Origin: a bacterium
GTDB taxonomy: Bacteria; Patescibacteriota; Microgenomatia; Levybacterales; UBA12049
Assembly: GCA_021813145.1 (NCBI GenBank)
Contig: JAKALS010000005.1
Location: forward strand, 74,022 to 123,620
DNA: 49,599 nucleotides
Direction: 5' to 3'
Shown: positions 17,120 through 27,123 of the stretch, one piece after another
Layout of the letters: each line of letters starts with the position of its first letter
Numbering within the stretch: position 1 is the first letter of the stretch
The notes under the pieces: model-generated
What the model saw: the letters and a program-made list of their open reading frames with translations, nothing else
The model's database searches: none
What the model was told of the DNA's origin: nothing
Translations under genes and position numbers: made by a program

Positions 17120-18181
17120 ATGGATTCTGCCCTTTCTTTGGATACACAGATACAAAAACTTCAGGAAAAAATTAAGACCGCAAATTTACCACCGGAGCTT
17201 TTGGAAAAAATAAACGGAATGATAGGACTTTTGTCCGCAAGCCTTAAACAGGGAGGAGGAACCTTTGTAACCTACGAAAGTATTTCTTCTTATATAGACT
17301 GGGTCTTATCTCTTCCTTTTAACAAGGAAACAACAGACCTTTTGGATTTAAATACGGCAAAGCAGGTGTTGGATAAAAACCATTACGGATTGGAAAGCGT
17401 TAAAAATATAATTTTGGAATATATGGCATCAATAATATTAAGCATAAAAAGTAACCCGGAGGATAAAGTCATTAGGGCACCCATTCTTTGCCTGATAGGG
17501 CTTGTGGGTACCGGAAAAACTACACTTGCTTCCTCTATTGCACAGGCTCTGGGGAGAAAATTCGAAAGGATCCCGTTTGGAGGAATGGGAGATGCCCGCG
17601 CTTTAAGAGGACAATCAAGGGCATTTGCCGACGCGGAACCCGGCCTTATTATTAAAAAAATTGTCGAGGCAGGGAGCAAAAATCCCGTAATACTTTTGGA
17701 CGAGTTGGACAGGGTAACCGAGTCTGCAAGGTCCGACATAATGGGGGTTTTGGTAGAACTTTTGGATCCCGAACAAAACAGAGCTTTTACGGACCACTAT
17801 ATAGATTATCCCTTTGACCTTTCGCACGTTCTTTTTATTGCAACTGCAAATAATACGACAAATATATCTACGGCGGTTTTAGACAGGCTCGAGATTGTAC
17901 AGATGCCTTCCTACACGGACGCCGAAAAAGAAACAATCGCAAAAAGTTATCTGTTCCCTAAGATCAGGCAAAGTACCGGTCTTTCGGATAACCAGATAAC
18001 AATAGACGATACGCTTTGGCCTGCTATAATAAGGCCATTGGGATTTGATTCGGGTATTAGAAGTTTGGAAAGGACAATCCAGGGAATTTGCAGAAAATCC
18101 GCAAGGTTAATAGTCGAGGGCAAATCTCCCAACGGAGTACGCATTACAAACGAAAATATAAAACAGTTTATACCGACATAA
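17120..18181 (+). CDS. Lon-family AAA+ module lacking the N-domain and protease domain
   Basis: LDKNHYGLESVK, GLVGTGKT, NPVILLDELD, LLDPEQNRAFTDHYIDYPFDLSHVLFIATAN; ends right after the AAA lid. Confidence 0.85.
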   Translation: MDSALSLDTQIQKLQEKIKTANLPPELLEKINGMIGLLSASLKQGGGTFVTYESISSYIDWVLSLPFNKETTDLLDLNTAKQVLDKNHYGLESVKNIILEYMASIILSIKSNPEDKVIRAPILCLIGLVGTGKTTLASSIAQALGRKFERIPFGGMGDARALRGQSRAFADAEPGLIIKKIVEAGSKNPVILLDELDRVTESARSDIMGVLVELLDPEQNRAFTDHYIDYPFDLSHVLFIATANNTTNISTAVLDRLEIVQMPSYTDAEKETIAKSYLFPKIRQSTGLSDNQITIDDTLWPAIIRPLGFDSGIRSLERTIQGICRKSARLIVEGKSPNGVRITNENIKQFIPT

Positions 18182-18182
18182 T

Positions 18183-19844
18183 ATGGAAAAAATAACATTT
18201 ACGCCTTTGGGGGGAATCTCCGACGTTACGAAAAATATGTACCTTTACGAATATAAGGACGAGATTTTAGTGGTCGACTGCGGAATAGGCTTTGCGGACG
18301 AAACAATGGTAGGGGTAGACCTTTTGCTTCCCGATATTGCCTATTTATTAAAAAGATTAAATGAAGGCGCAAAAATTTCGGGAATGCTTTTAACCCACGG
18401 GCACGAAGACCATATTGGAGCTTTGCCTTTTATTCTTCCCCAGCTCCCGCAGTTTCCCATATACGCTACTCCCTTAACCGCTGCTTTGGCAAACGAAAAA
18501 CTGAAAGAATTCCAGGTACAAAACAGGGTAAAAGCGGTCGAATTTAACGGAGGCAAAATAGAACTGGGAAGTTTTTCCGCTTCTTTTATAAGAATTACTC
18601 ATTCCGTTCCCGACAGTTCAAATATTTTTATAAGGACTCCTCTTGGAAATTTTTACCACGGAAGCGATTTTAAATTTGATCTTACGCCCGCCGACGGCAA
18701 AAAAACCGAATTCGACAAAATAGTCGAGTTTTCAAAAGAAGGAGTTTTATGCCTGATGTCCGATTGTCTTAGGGCCGAAAAACAGGGATACACACCGTCC
18801 GAACTTTCTCTTTCCGAAAGCTTTGAAAGGGAAATTCAAAAAGCAAAAGGGAAAGTTATAATAACGACTTATTCATCCAATATTTCAAGATTAAACCAGG
18901 CAATAAAAGCGGCTTCCAAGTACGGAAGAAAAGTATGCTTTGTAGGGCGTTCCCTTTATAAAGTAAGAGATGTGGCCAGAGACTTGGGCTACATGAAAAT
19001 AGACAAAGGAATGGAAATATCCGTGGAACAGCTTAAAAACTACAAAGACAGCGATATTGTCCTTATTGTTGCCGGAAGCCAGGGGCAGGAAAATTCGGCC
19101 CTTTCAAGAATAGTGAACGACGAAAGTGACGAAATAAAAATAAGGCCTAACGATGTGGTAATTTTTTCTTCCGATCCTATACCCGGGAACGAGGTTCTTG
19201 TAAATAACGTCGTAGACGCAATTTCAAAAAAAGGTGCGAGAGTTGTTTATTCGGAGGTTTCCGGAGAATTTCATGTGTCGGGCCATGCCGCTTCAAACGA
19301 TTTAATGTTGCTAATGAACCTTGTAGATCCAAAAAAAGTTCTTCCCATAGGGGGAACCTACAGGCAGATGGTCGCATATAAAGATCTTGCAAGAAAGCAG
19401 GGATTTGAAGATAAGGACATCCTTTTGATAGACGACGGTTTGCAGGTAAATTTTTCAAACAACGATTCTTCGCTGGGGAAAAAAGTAAGCCTTAAAAATA
19501 TATACGTGGACCAGGTTTCAGGGGAAGAAGTTGAGCAGTATGTATTAGTGGACAGGAAAAAGATAGCAAAAGAAGGTATAGTCGTAATAATGGCAGAAAT
19601 AGATTCGGAAACAGGAAAAGTTGCAGGAGCTCCCACAATTATTGCAAGAGGATTTTCTTCGCAGGATAGCTCGCTTCTGAATAAAAATCTTACAAAAGAA
19701 CTCCAGAATAATTTTTATAGCAAAAAAGAAAGAATAAGAGATTGGATTTACGTAAGAAAATTAGTTGCCCAGATAGCGGAAAAGAGCATTTTTAAAACCC
19801 TTCATAAAAGGCCTCTTGTTCTGCCGGTAGTTATCGAAATCTGA
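18183..19844 (+). CDS. rnj: Ribonuclease J
   Basis: THGHEDHIG, GSQGQENSAL, HVSGHA, C-terminal RPLVLPVVIEI. Confidence 0.95.
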   Translation: MEKITFTPLGGISDVTKNMYLYEYKDEILVVDCGIGFADETMVGVDLLLPDIAYLLKRLNEGAKISGMLLTHGHEDHIGALPFILPQLPQFPIYATPLTAALANEKLKEFQVQNRVKAVEFNGGKIELGSFSASFIRITHSVPDSSNIFIRTPLGNFYHGSDFKFDLTPADGKKTEFDKIVEFSKEGVLCLMSDCLRAEKQGYTPSELSLSESFEREIQKAKGKVIITTYSSNISRLNQAIKAASKYGRKVCFVGRSLYKVRDVARDLGYMKIDKGMEISVEQLKNYKDSDIVLIVAGSQGQENSALSRIVNDESDEIKIRPNDVVIFSSDPIPGNEVLVNNVVDAISKKGARVVYSEVSGEFHVSGHAASNDLMLLMNLVDPKKVLPIGGTYRQMVAYKDLARKQGFEDKDILLIDDGLQVNFSNNDSSLGKKVSLKNIYVDQVSGEEVEQYVLVDRKKIAKEGIVVIMAEIDSETGKVAGAPTIIARGFSSQDSSLLNKNLTKELQNNFYSKKERIRDWIYVRKLVAQIAEKSIFKTLHKRPLVLPVVIEI

Positions 19845-19898
19845 GATAAATAAAATTAATTGTTGTGATTTACCGGACAATTTTGTAAAATCCCTCTT

Positions 19899-20483
19899 AT
19901 GTCCATTGAGGCATTTTTTGAGAGTCATCCTGCCGACGAATCTTTTGCGGAAGGAGTCAGTTGGCCCCCTAAAGACAGGGTTTCTCCAATAAAACATCTT
20001 TCGGGAATTTTAATAAACGAGGGCGCCGAAGGACTATCGGGAATAGGTAACAAATATTTTACAGCCGTTAAAACAAGGAATATGGACGTTTTGGAAGGGA
20101 TAAAAATTCCTTTTGCCGCAAATACGGCATCGATTTATACCGGAGTCACCTTGTTATCGATAGAGGATATCTTAAGTAACAAGGAGTTTGACCAGAGAGT
20201 ATTTAATTCCAGGCTTGAAATGGCTTTTGGAAAAACCGACCTTAGGGCAACTACCTTTGAAAATCCATATTGCGATTATTTAACAAGACGTGAATATATG
20301 CATATGGTAAGAGGGGCAATGGCAGATAAAACCCTCGCTTCTTTTTTTATTACGGAATTAGAACTTTTACCTTCAAGCCTTAATGAATTTTTACAAAAAA
20401 CAAAAGTTATAGAGCCTATCGTGGAACTCGTATTACCCGATTATGTCGAAAGAGCAAAGCTTCTTATTTCCCCGAACTTGTAG
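19899..20483 (+). CDS. Hypothetical protein
   Basis: 194 aa ORF; TAAAAT 7 nt upstream of the ATG. Confidence 0.7.
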   Translation: MSIEAFFESHPADESFAEGVSWPPKDRVSPIKHLSGILINEGAEGLSGIGNKYFTAVKTRNMDVLEGIKIPFAANTASIYTGVTLLSIEDILSNKEFDQRVFNSRLEMAFGKTDLRATTFENPYCDYLTRREYMHMVRGAMADKTLASFFITELELLPSSLNEFLQKTKVIEPIVELVLPDYVERAKLLISPNL

Positions 20484-20513
20484 TCCTAGCCTTAAGAATA
20501 TATAATATGGTGT

Positions 20514-22640
20514 ATGCCAAGAAGAAAGCATTATCGAAAACATAAATTCAAACTTAAGCTTAAAAAAGAAACAATTTATTCGATATTTGCCTTCGGACTT
20601 TTACTCTCCGGACTCTTATTGTTATTGTCTTTTTCAAAAAGCGGGGATTCCATGGTATACGTAAACGGGGAAATGGAAAGATACTTCGGGGTATTTTCAT
20701 TCCTTTTCCCGGTTGCTTTAATTTTTTTCGGCTTCTTATTTTTAAGGCTTAAAATGTTCCTTTCGAAACCCAACGTAGCAATAGGCTTTCTTTTGTTTTT
20801 CCTTTCATTATTGGGGGTTGCGAGGGCAGGAATAATAGGAGAACAGCTTTATCTTCTTATTGCCGACATTTTGGGGAATATAGGCGCAAGGCTTGTTTAC
20901 ATTGCCGGAATTTTAATAGGACTTGTTGTGTTTTTTGATACCTCTGTTGATGAGATTTTTGAAATTCTTACCCATCTTAAAGAAAACCTGGGAAGATTCG
21001 TCCCTTCAAAACTTTTTTCATTCTTCAAGAATAAAAAAGAGCCTGCTTTTGCAACAAAACAGATGAAAATAAAAGGCATGGATAAAGAATTTTCCAGCAA
21101 CACGCCTGCGATAAGAGATTTACCGATTAACGCACCTCCTCCTATTAAAAAAGAGCCTCTCATTCCCGATAAGCTGGTTGTAAACACGGTAGGCGCCGGA
21201 GGAATATGGGAATACCCGCCGCTTTCGCTTTTATCCGACTCTTCCAGCCAAAAGGCGGACAGGGGAGATATTAAAAAGATTGCCGCAACTATAGAAAGGA
21301 CCTTGCAGTCATTCGGAATAGGCGCAAAAGTTGTCGAAGTGAATCTTGGACCTGCCGTAACCCAGTATGCTTTGGAAATTGCCCTCGGGACAAAAGTATC
21401 GAAGATTACTTCTCTGGCAAACGACCTTGCCCTTGCTACGGAAGCTCCCACCGGCCAGATAAGGATTGAGGCGCCTATTCCGGGGAGAAATCTGGTAGGG
21501 ATAGAAATACCGAATAGAAGCCTTGAGGTGGTAACCCTAAAAACGATGCTTTCCTCGGACGTCATGAGAAAAGCTAAATCAAAACTTACGGTTTCTATGG
21601 GACTGGATGTTTCGGGAAATCCGGTCGTTGCCGATATAGGGAAAATGCCTCACGTATTAATAGCCGGAACTACAGGTTCCGGAAAATCGGTAATGATTAA
21701 CTCCTTTATTTCTTCCCTGCTTTTCAGGGCGTCTCCCGACGAGGTAAAGTTAATTCTCATAGATCCTAAGAGAGTAGAACTTACCGGTTATAACGGAATT
21801 CCGCATCTTATGACGCCAGTAATAGTCGAGGTAGAAAAAATATTGGCTTCTTTAAAATGGGCTATGGATCAGATGGACCAGAGGTACAAAATTTTTGCGG
21901 AAAACGGGGTAAGAAATATAGAAGGCTATAACGAGCTCGCGGGTTTCCAGACACTTCCTTATATTGTGATATTCATAGACGAACTCGCAGACCTTATGGC
22001 ATTTGCGCCTGTTGAAGTCGAAGATGCCATAGCAAGACTTGCCCAAATGGCAAGGGCAACGGGAATTCACCTTGTCGTCTCGACACAGAGGCCTTCGGTA
22101 GATGTTATAACGGGCCTTATAAAAGCCAATATCCCAACCCGAATTGCCTTTAACGTTTCGTCAATGATTGACTCGAGGGTTATAATTGATACTCCGGGTG
22201 CGGAAAAGCTTTTGGGCAGAGGAGATATGCTTTATATCCCTCCGGACCAGGCAAAGCCGACAAGGATACAGGGCGCTTTTGTTTCCGAAAAAGAGGTCAA
22301 AAGACTCGTCGACTACTTAAAATCAAAAGCTCCCGAAATCCAGTATACGGAAGAGGTAACCGAGACTCCCCTCGTTCTTAAGAAAGGAAACGCTTCTTCG
22401 ACGGGAAGCGATGGGAGAGACGACTTGTTTACAGAGGCAATAAGGATAGTATGTCAGTATGACAGAGCATCCGCTTCGCTTCTGCAAAGAAGATTATCGA
22501 TAGGTTATTCAAGAGCAGCCCGCATTTTGGACCAGCTTGAAGAGGCTCAGGTTGTAAGTCATGCGGAGGGCTCGAAACCCAGGGATGTTTTGGTCAGAAA
22601 TGCAGAGGAACTTATCCAAAATCTGGGAGAGACCCAGTAA
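20514..22640 (+). CDS. ftsK: DNA translocase FtsK/SpoIIIE
   Basis: 4 TMs, IAGTTGSGKS, IDELADLM, TQRPSVDVITG, gamma domain (ASASLLQRRLSIGYSRAARILDQLE). Confidence 0.97.
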   Translation: MPRRKHYRKHKFKLKLKKETIYSIFAFGLLLSGLLLLLSFSKSGDSMVYVNGEMERYFGVFSFLFPVALIFFGFLFLRLKMFLSKPNVAIGFLLFFLSLLGVARAGIIGEQLYLLIADILGNIGARLVYIAGILIGLVVFFDTSVDEIFEILTHLKENLGRFVPSKLFSFFKNKKEPAFATKQMKIKGMDKEFSSNTPAIRDLPINAPPPIKKEPLIPDKLVVNTVGAGGIWEYPPLSLLSDSSSQKADRGDIKKIAATIERTLQSFGIGAKVVEVNLGPAVTQYALEIALGTKVSKITSLANDLALATEAPTGQIRIEAPIPGRNLVGIEIPNRSLEVVTLKTMLSSDVMRKAKSKLTVSMGLDVSGNPVVADIGKMPHVLIAGTTGSGKSVMINSFISSLLFRASPDEVKLILIDPKRVELTGYNGIPHLMTPVIVEVEKILASLKWAMDQMDQRYKIFAENGVRNIEGYNELAGFQTLPYIVIFIDELADLMAFAPVEVEDAIARLAQMARATGIHLVVSTQRPSVDVITGLIKANIPTRIAFNVSSMIDSRVIIDTPGAEKLLGRGDMLYIPPDQAKPTRIQGAFVSEKEVKRLVDYLKSKAPEIQYTEEVTETPLVLKKGNASSTGSDGRDDLFTEAIRIVCQYDRASASLLQRRLSIGYSRAARILDQLEEAQVVSHAEGSKPRDVLVRNAEELIQNLGETQ

Positions 22641-22662
22641 ACCATCAAAAGCCTCATAATTT

Positions 22663-23304
22663 ATGATTAAGGTAGGACAAAAATTCCAGGAGGCAAGGAT
22701 CGCCAAAGACCTTACCCTTGAAGACGTTTCAAAAAGCACGAAAATAAAAAAACAGTTTCTCGAAGCCATAGAAAAGGGCGAATATGAAAAACTGCCTTCG
22801 GTAACTTATGCTCAGGGGTTTGTAAGGAATTACGCAAGATTTTTGGAAATGCCCGAGGCTGAAACCCTGGCGCTTTTTAGAAGGGAATTTGATGAGGAAA
22901 AATCTCTAAAAGTTTTGCCTTCCGGTTTTGCCAAAACAAAAGAATTCCCGGTTTCGAGATTTAAGGTAAAACAAACAATAATTTTCGGTCTTCTTATCTG
23001 CTTTGTAATTCTTGCGTATATTATTTTCCAGTATAGGGGAGCTTTGGTAAACCCTTCGCTTACCGTTTCTTCTCCTTTGGAGAATTCGCAGATCGACTCT
23101 TCGGTAGTAACCGTTACAGGAAAAACCGACCCGAATGCAACGGTTTACGTTTCCAACTATCAGGTAACCGTCGATAATAACGGAGTATTTTCCAAAGTAA
23201 TCAACGTTTTTCCGGGAAAAACAACATTAACGGTAACCGCCGTTAATCCCTTCGGAAAACAAACCACAATAAAAAGAGATATAGAGGTAAAGCCCGGCTC
23301 CTGA
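22663..23304 (+). CDS. RodZ-like HTH membrane protein with C-terminal Ig-like domain
   Basis: LEAIEKGEYEKLPSVTYAQGFVRNYARFL, one TM, beta-rich C-terminus; follows ftsK. Confidence 0.8.
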   Translation: MIKVGQKFQEARIAKDLTLEDVSKSTKIKKQFLEAIEKGEYEKLPSVTYAQGFVRNYARFLEMPEAETLALFRREFDEEKSLKVLPSGFAKTKEFPVSRFKVKQTIIFGLLICFVILAYIIFQYRGALVNPSLTVSSPLENSQIDSSVVTVTGKTDPNATVYVSNYQVTVDNNGVFSKVINVFPGKTTLTVTAVNPFGKQTTIKRDIEVKPGS

Positions 23305-23359
23305 CGGACTATTGTTATCTCTTGACACAGGGGCCTTTTTAAGATAAGTTATCTATACC

Positions 23360-23629
23360 ATGATAGACCCTGCCCAAGCTACACTTTTTTTAGTAATTAT
23401 AGTTTTGACTATATTACTCCTCGTTTTGGGCATACAGGTGTATTTTATCCTGAGAGAACTTAGAAAAACGCTTGCCAAAGTGAACAAAGTTTTGGACGAT
23501 ACAAGCCTAATAACGGAAAGCGTTTCTAAGCCTATATCAAACCTGTCATCCCTTACGATGGGATTAAAAACAGGGGCCACAATCGCAAAAATTTTCGGTG
23601 CGGGAAAAAAGCACAAAAAAGAGGAGTAA
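23360..23629 (+). CDS. Small membrane protein (DUF948-like)
   Basis: N-terminal TM plus amphipathic helix, upstream of a YtxH-like gene. Confidence 0.6.
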   Translation: MIDPAQATLFLVIIVLTILLLVLGIQVYFILRELRKTLAKVNKVLDDTSLITESVSKPISNLSSLTMGLKTGATIAKIFGAGKKHKKEE

Positions 23630-23632
23630 CTT

Positions 23633-23959
23633 ATGGCTGAAGGAAGATTTTCAAACGGATTTTTACTCGGTCTTGTAATCGGAGGAGGCCTTGTGTTTTT
23701 ATTGGGCACCGATTCGGGCAAAAGGATTTTAAAAACAATTTCGGAAGAAGGCTTGGAAAGCCTGACGACATTTTTAGAGGATTTGGATATTGAAGACTTG
23801 GAAGAAGAAATCCCCGACGAAGTCGAGGAAGCCCGGGAGTTAAGCAAAGAACCGAATCCCGAAAAAGTGGAAGAGATTCAGCAAGTAAAGGCCGAGGAAA
23901 AAACCGGGACAGAAACAGATGCAAAACCCGCAAAAAAAAGATTCTTCAGAAAGAAATAA
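23633..23959 (+). CDS. YtxH-like protein
   Basis: GFLLGLVIGGGLVFLLGTDSGKRI followed by an acidic tail. Confidence 0.6.
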   Translation: MAEGRFSNGFLLGLVIGGGLVFLLGTDSGKRILKTISEEGLESLTTFLEDLDIEDLEEEIPDEVEEARELSKEPNPEKVEEIQQVKAEEKTGTETDAKPAKKRFFRKK

Positions 23960-24019
23960 TTTTATTCTCCGTTTATTCTTTTAATTTTACAGTTTCCAAT
24001 CAATGGCAAACGGGGAAAA

Positions 24020-24985
24020 TTATTGGCCGTATTTCTGAATATTGGCGTTGTGGCCCTGGATAGTTGTTGCGAAATGCAGGTGTCCCTGTTTATCCGCAAA
24101 AAAGTAGAGGTAGTTGGTATTTGCCGGGTTAAGAGCCGCTTCTATTGAGGAAAGTCCCGGGTTCGAGATGGGGGTAGGAGGAAGGCCGGTATTTAGCCTC
24201 GTATTATACGGCGAATTAATCGCAAGGTCGTTTGCGGTCAAATCCTGTTTCCACCAGGTCTTCTCCGAAGGTTGGTATCCCAATGCGTACATTACGGTCG
24301 GGTCGGAACCTAAAGGCATCCCGAGCTTTAGCCTGTTTATAAAAACCGAGGCAACCAGGGGACGGTCCTGGGCATACTTTGCTTCTTTTTCTATTATCGA
24401 AGCTATTATTATCGTTTGAGCTTTTGTAAGACTTGTTGTTTGTAAGTTTTTTACGCTGTCATATTTTTTATCGAAGTTAGCTCTCATCGTATCTATGACC
24501 GTCTGAACGGTTGCGTCTTTTGGAAAAAGATAAGTGTCCGGGAAAAGATAACCTTCATTCGAGTCAAGTTCCGCCCTCCAAGAATTGTTATAATTCGGAA
24601 GTTTTCCGCTTAAAAGCGAAGCTATCTCTTCCGCCCTTAAGCCTTCGGGAACGGTTATCCATACGTCCAAAGTTCCGTGTGTTAAATCCTCTGCGATCTG
24701 AGGAGCAGTCATCGACGGATTAATTTTAAAATCTCCGGCCTGAATTTGCTTATCCAGTCCGTTTATTCTTGTATAGAGGAAAAATACAATAGGGTCTTTT
24801 ATGAGGCCTTTGGAACTTAAGCTGTTTGCGATTTCGCGTACTCCTTCGCCCTTATTTACCGTAAATATTACGGGAGCCGTACTTGAACTTGCAGCCGATA
24901 AACCCCTTTGCCACCAGATAAATGTTCCTACGACTATTATCGCCAAAAGTATCAATACTACCCAAAGTCTTTTCATATTGATCAA
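24020..24985 (-). CDS. mltG: Endolytic transglycosylase MltG
   Basis: TVPEGLR, EGYLFPDTY, ASIIEKEA, SPYNTR...GLPPTPISNPG. Confidence 0.95.
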   Translation of the reverse strand: MINMKRLWVVLILLAIIVVGTFIWWQRGLSAASSSTAPVIFTVNKGEGVREIANSLSSKGLIKDPIVFFLYTRINGLDKQIQAGDFKINPSMTAPQIAEDLTHGTLDVWITVPEGLRAEEIASLLSGKLPNYNNSWRAELDSNEGYLFPDTYLFPKDATVQTVIDTMRANFDKKYDSVKNLQTTSLTKAQTIIIASIIEKEAKYAQDRPLVASVFINRLKLGMPLGSDPTVMYALGYQPSEKTWWKQDLTANDLAINSPYNTRLNTGLPPTPISNPGLSSIEAALNPANTNYLYFFADKQGHLHFATTIQGHNANIQKYGQ

Positions 24986-26253
24986 TATTCCATGACGGGA
25001 AAATTTTTTAAGGTGTCTTTCCCTTCCTTTAAATTATACACGCTTTCACTGTAAAGTGTATACAGAACATCTCCTCTTTTAACTTTGTCTTTTAACTTTG
25101 AGTTAAGGAAAATTCCCGCTCCTTTTTGACCGGGAGCACCCAAAATCCTTGCCACTATTGTTATGTTTTTGCTGTTCAGAGTTTTTACTTCGCCGTTTCT
25201 TTCCGCTTTGACTTCAAAAGAATGCTTTCCGGGTCTTAATTTTTCGCTGTCCAGATCCGGGTTTCCGCCTTGTGCCTTTACTATTTCTTTAAATTTTTCG
25301 AACGCTTTTTGGCTTTTTAGCATATGTGTCGCCAGCCCGAAGGAATTTCCATAGTTCTTTTTTATTTCTTCCTGGAGTTTTTTGGGCGAGTCCTTAAGGC
25401 ATATTTCCAGTAAAGTTCCCGCAAGGTTAATGCTTCTGATTTCCAAATCCAAAGGCCTGTTGTCTTTCTGCTGTAGAACCCTTAAAGATTCTCTCATTTC
25501 CAGGACCGGTCCTATTCCGCGTCCTGCGGGCTCATCGGTTTTATGGATTAAAACTCTTATTTTTATGCCGAATTTCTTCGCAAGAAACGCGAATTTTTCT
25601 TTAAGAATTTCTGCATCTTTTATGGAATGAACTTTTACCATCTGTCCCCAGGGAAGGTCTATTACTACGTGATTTGAGCCAAAAGCTATCTTTTTGGCCA
25701 TTATGGAAACGAGTATTTTGTCGTAGCTTTCGAAAAGAAGCGGTTTTTCTACCTGTATCAGTATGTCGTCGGCCGGGGCGAGTTTAAAGCTTCCTCCCCA
25801 GACTATGCAGCCGTTTGTTTTTTTTACAACTTCGTATATCCTATCCCTCGGCAAATCGACGGGAGCTAATATTTCCATGTCGTCTGCCGTGCCGTCGGGA
25901 GTAGTTATTGCCCTTGAGCTGCTTTTGGGTATCTTAAAACCCGAGGCTGCAACTATCGAAACAACAATAGGCGTAGTTCTTGTTCCCGGGACTCCACCTA
26001 TGCTGTGTTTATCGGCGACTATTCCCTTAAAATGGAGTTTTTCTCCCGTTTCGACCATCGCTTTTGTAAGGTAAAAAAGTTCTTCGTTGGTAAAGCCGTT
26101 AGAATATCCGGAGGCGGCAAAATAGGTGGTCAAAACGTCTCCCAATTTTTCTTCCGAGATCTGGTCCATTATTGCGTATATCTCTTTATAGGAGAGCCTT
26201 TTTCCCAATAACTTTTTTCTGATTGCGCTTAACGCGAGATTTTTTTCTTCCAT
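24982..26253 (-). CDS. AMP phosphorylase / thymidine phosphorylase family
   Basis: DKHSIGGVPG, KSSSRAITTPDGTAD, LAPADD, GRGIGPVLE: motifs of the archaeal-type AMP phosphorylase subgroup. Confidence 0.88.
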   Translation of the reverse strand: MEEKNLALSAIRKKLLGKRLSYKEIYAIMDQISEEKLGDVLTTYFAASGYSNGFTNEELFYLTKAMVETGEKLHFKGIVADKHSIGGVPGTRTTPIVVSIVAASGFKIPKSSSRAITTPDGTADDMEILAPVDLPRDRIYEVVKKTNGCIVWGGSFKLAPADDILIQVEKPLLFESYDKILVSIMAKKIAFGSNHVVIDLPWGQMVKVHSIKDAEILKEKFAFLAKKFGIKIRVLIHKTDEPAGRGIGPVLEMRESLRVLQQKDNRPLDLEIRSINLAGTLLEICLKDSPKKLQEEIKKNYGNSFGLATHMLKSQKAFEKFKEIVKAQGGNPDLDSEKLRPGKHSFEVKAERNGEVKTLNSKNITIVARILGAPGQKGAGIFLNSKLKDKVKRGDVLYTLYSESVYNLKEGKDTLKNFPVMEY

Positions 26254-26289
26254 AAATTTAGGATTCCCTCAGCTGTTTTATGGCAAGCG

Positions 26290-26336
26290 AAACGGTACTC
26301 TTAAGAAGGGAGAGAAGGAAATAAAAAGTACCGTTT
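26290..26336. promoter_or_regulatory. Inverted repeat in the leader of the AMP phosphorylase gene
   Basis: AAACGGTACT (26290-26299) / AGTACCGTTT (26327-26336), perfect 10-bp arms. Confidence 0.5.
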
Positions 26337-26394
26337 ATAATCCTGTAAACAGTAGGCCAGATTTGTGCCAAATATTGTTTTAATCTTTCCATAT

Positions 26395-27123
26395 TTAACT
26401 TTGCGTAAGCCTTGAGCGTATAACAAGCCTTTTCCAGGTTGTTCCCGGAGGAGTGCAGGTTATAAGCGTTAAAAGGTTCTGGTTGTAATCCTGTTCAAGC
26501 ACCGAAGTATCGTTGGGGCTGACAACGGTAATGTTGTAAATGGTATATTTGTAAGTTGCCCCCGACACGGTTACATATATATTATCTCCTACTTGGAGTT
26601 CGTATGCACGGGCAAAAATAGTTTTGTAATTGTTCTGGTTGAAAAGCCAGGGAAGAGTCGAATGGCCGAATACTACGGCATTTCCTTTTTCCGGAGGGAT
26701 TGTAGTGCCGCCAAAATTCACGAGATGTTTTGCCAAATCGTCGTCGGTTGCCGAAACTACCGCGTTTGTAATATTCAGTTTTGGAATAGACATGTAATAG
26801 CTGTCAACAATAGGGGTGCCCTTTTGATATTTATATCCGGGGAACCAGTTGTCAGCATTGTTATAATCAACTCCCGAAAAATTCTGGGAAGCCTGGGATA
26901 TGAGGCTTTGTATGGTATCGGCGTTTACGACAGTAGCCTTTGGTATGGGAACCGCTATGTTGTCCTGCGCAAAAACGGGGGCAAAATATATCTGCCAGGA
27001 AACAAGGGGGAAAAATACATAGCTTGCTATCCCTAAACCGGAAACTACCAAAAAAAGACTGAAGAGTCTTGCGAGCAATTTTAATTTTTTGCCCGAGGCC
27101 TTTTTATAATAATATTTACCCAT
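26395..27123 (-). CDS. Sortase
   Basis: N-terminal TM; GNAVVFGHS; LTLITCTPPGTTWKRL (His-Cys-Arg triad). Confidence 0.93.
   Translation of the reverse strand: MGKYYYKKASGKKLKLLARLFSLFLVVSGLGIASYVFFPLVSWQIYFAPVFAQDNIAVPIPKATVVNADTIQSLISQASQNFSGVDYNNADNWFPGYKYQKGTPIVDSYYMSIPKLNITNAVVSATDDDLAKHLVNFGGTTIPPEKGNAVVFGHSTLPWLFNQNNYKTIFARAYELQVGDNIYVTVSGATYKYTIYNITVVSPNDTSVLEQDYNQNLLTLITCTPPGTTWKRLVIRSRLTQS

Noticed and set aside
26355..26370. Sigma54-like TGGCAC-N5-TGGC on the minus strand upstream of AMP phosphorylase
   Set aside because: The -12 element is imperfect, it is a single instance, and there is no rpoN or enhancer-binding protein evidence in the window.
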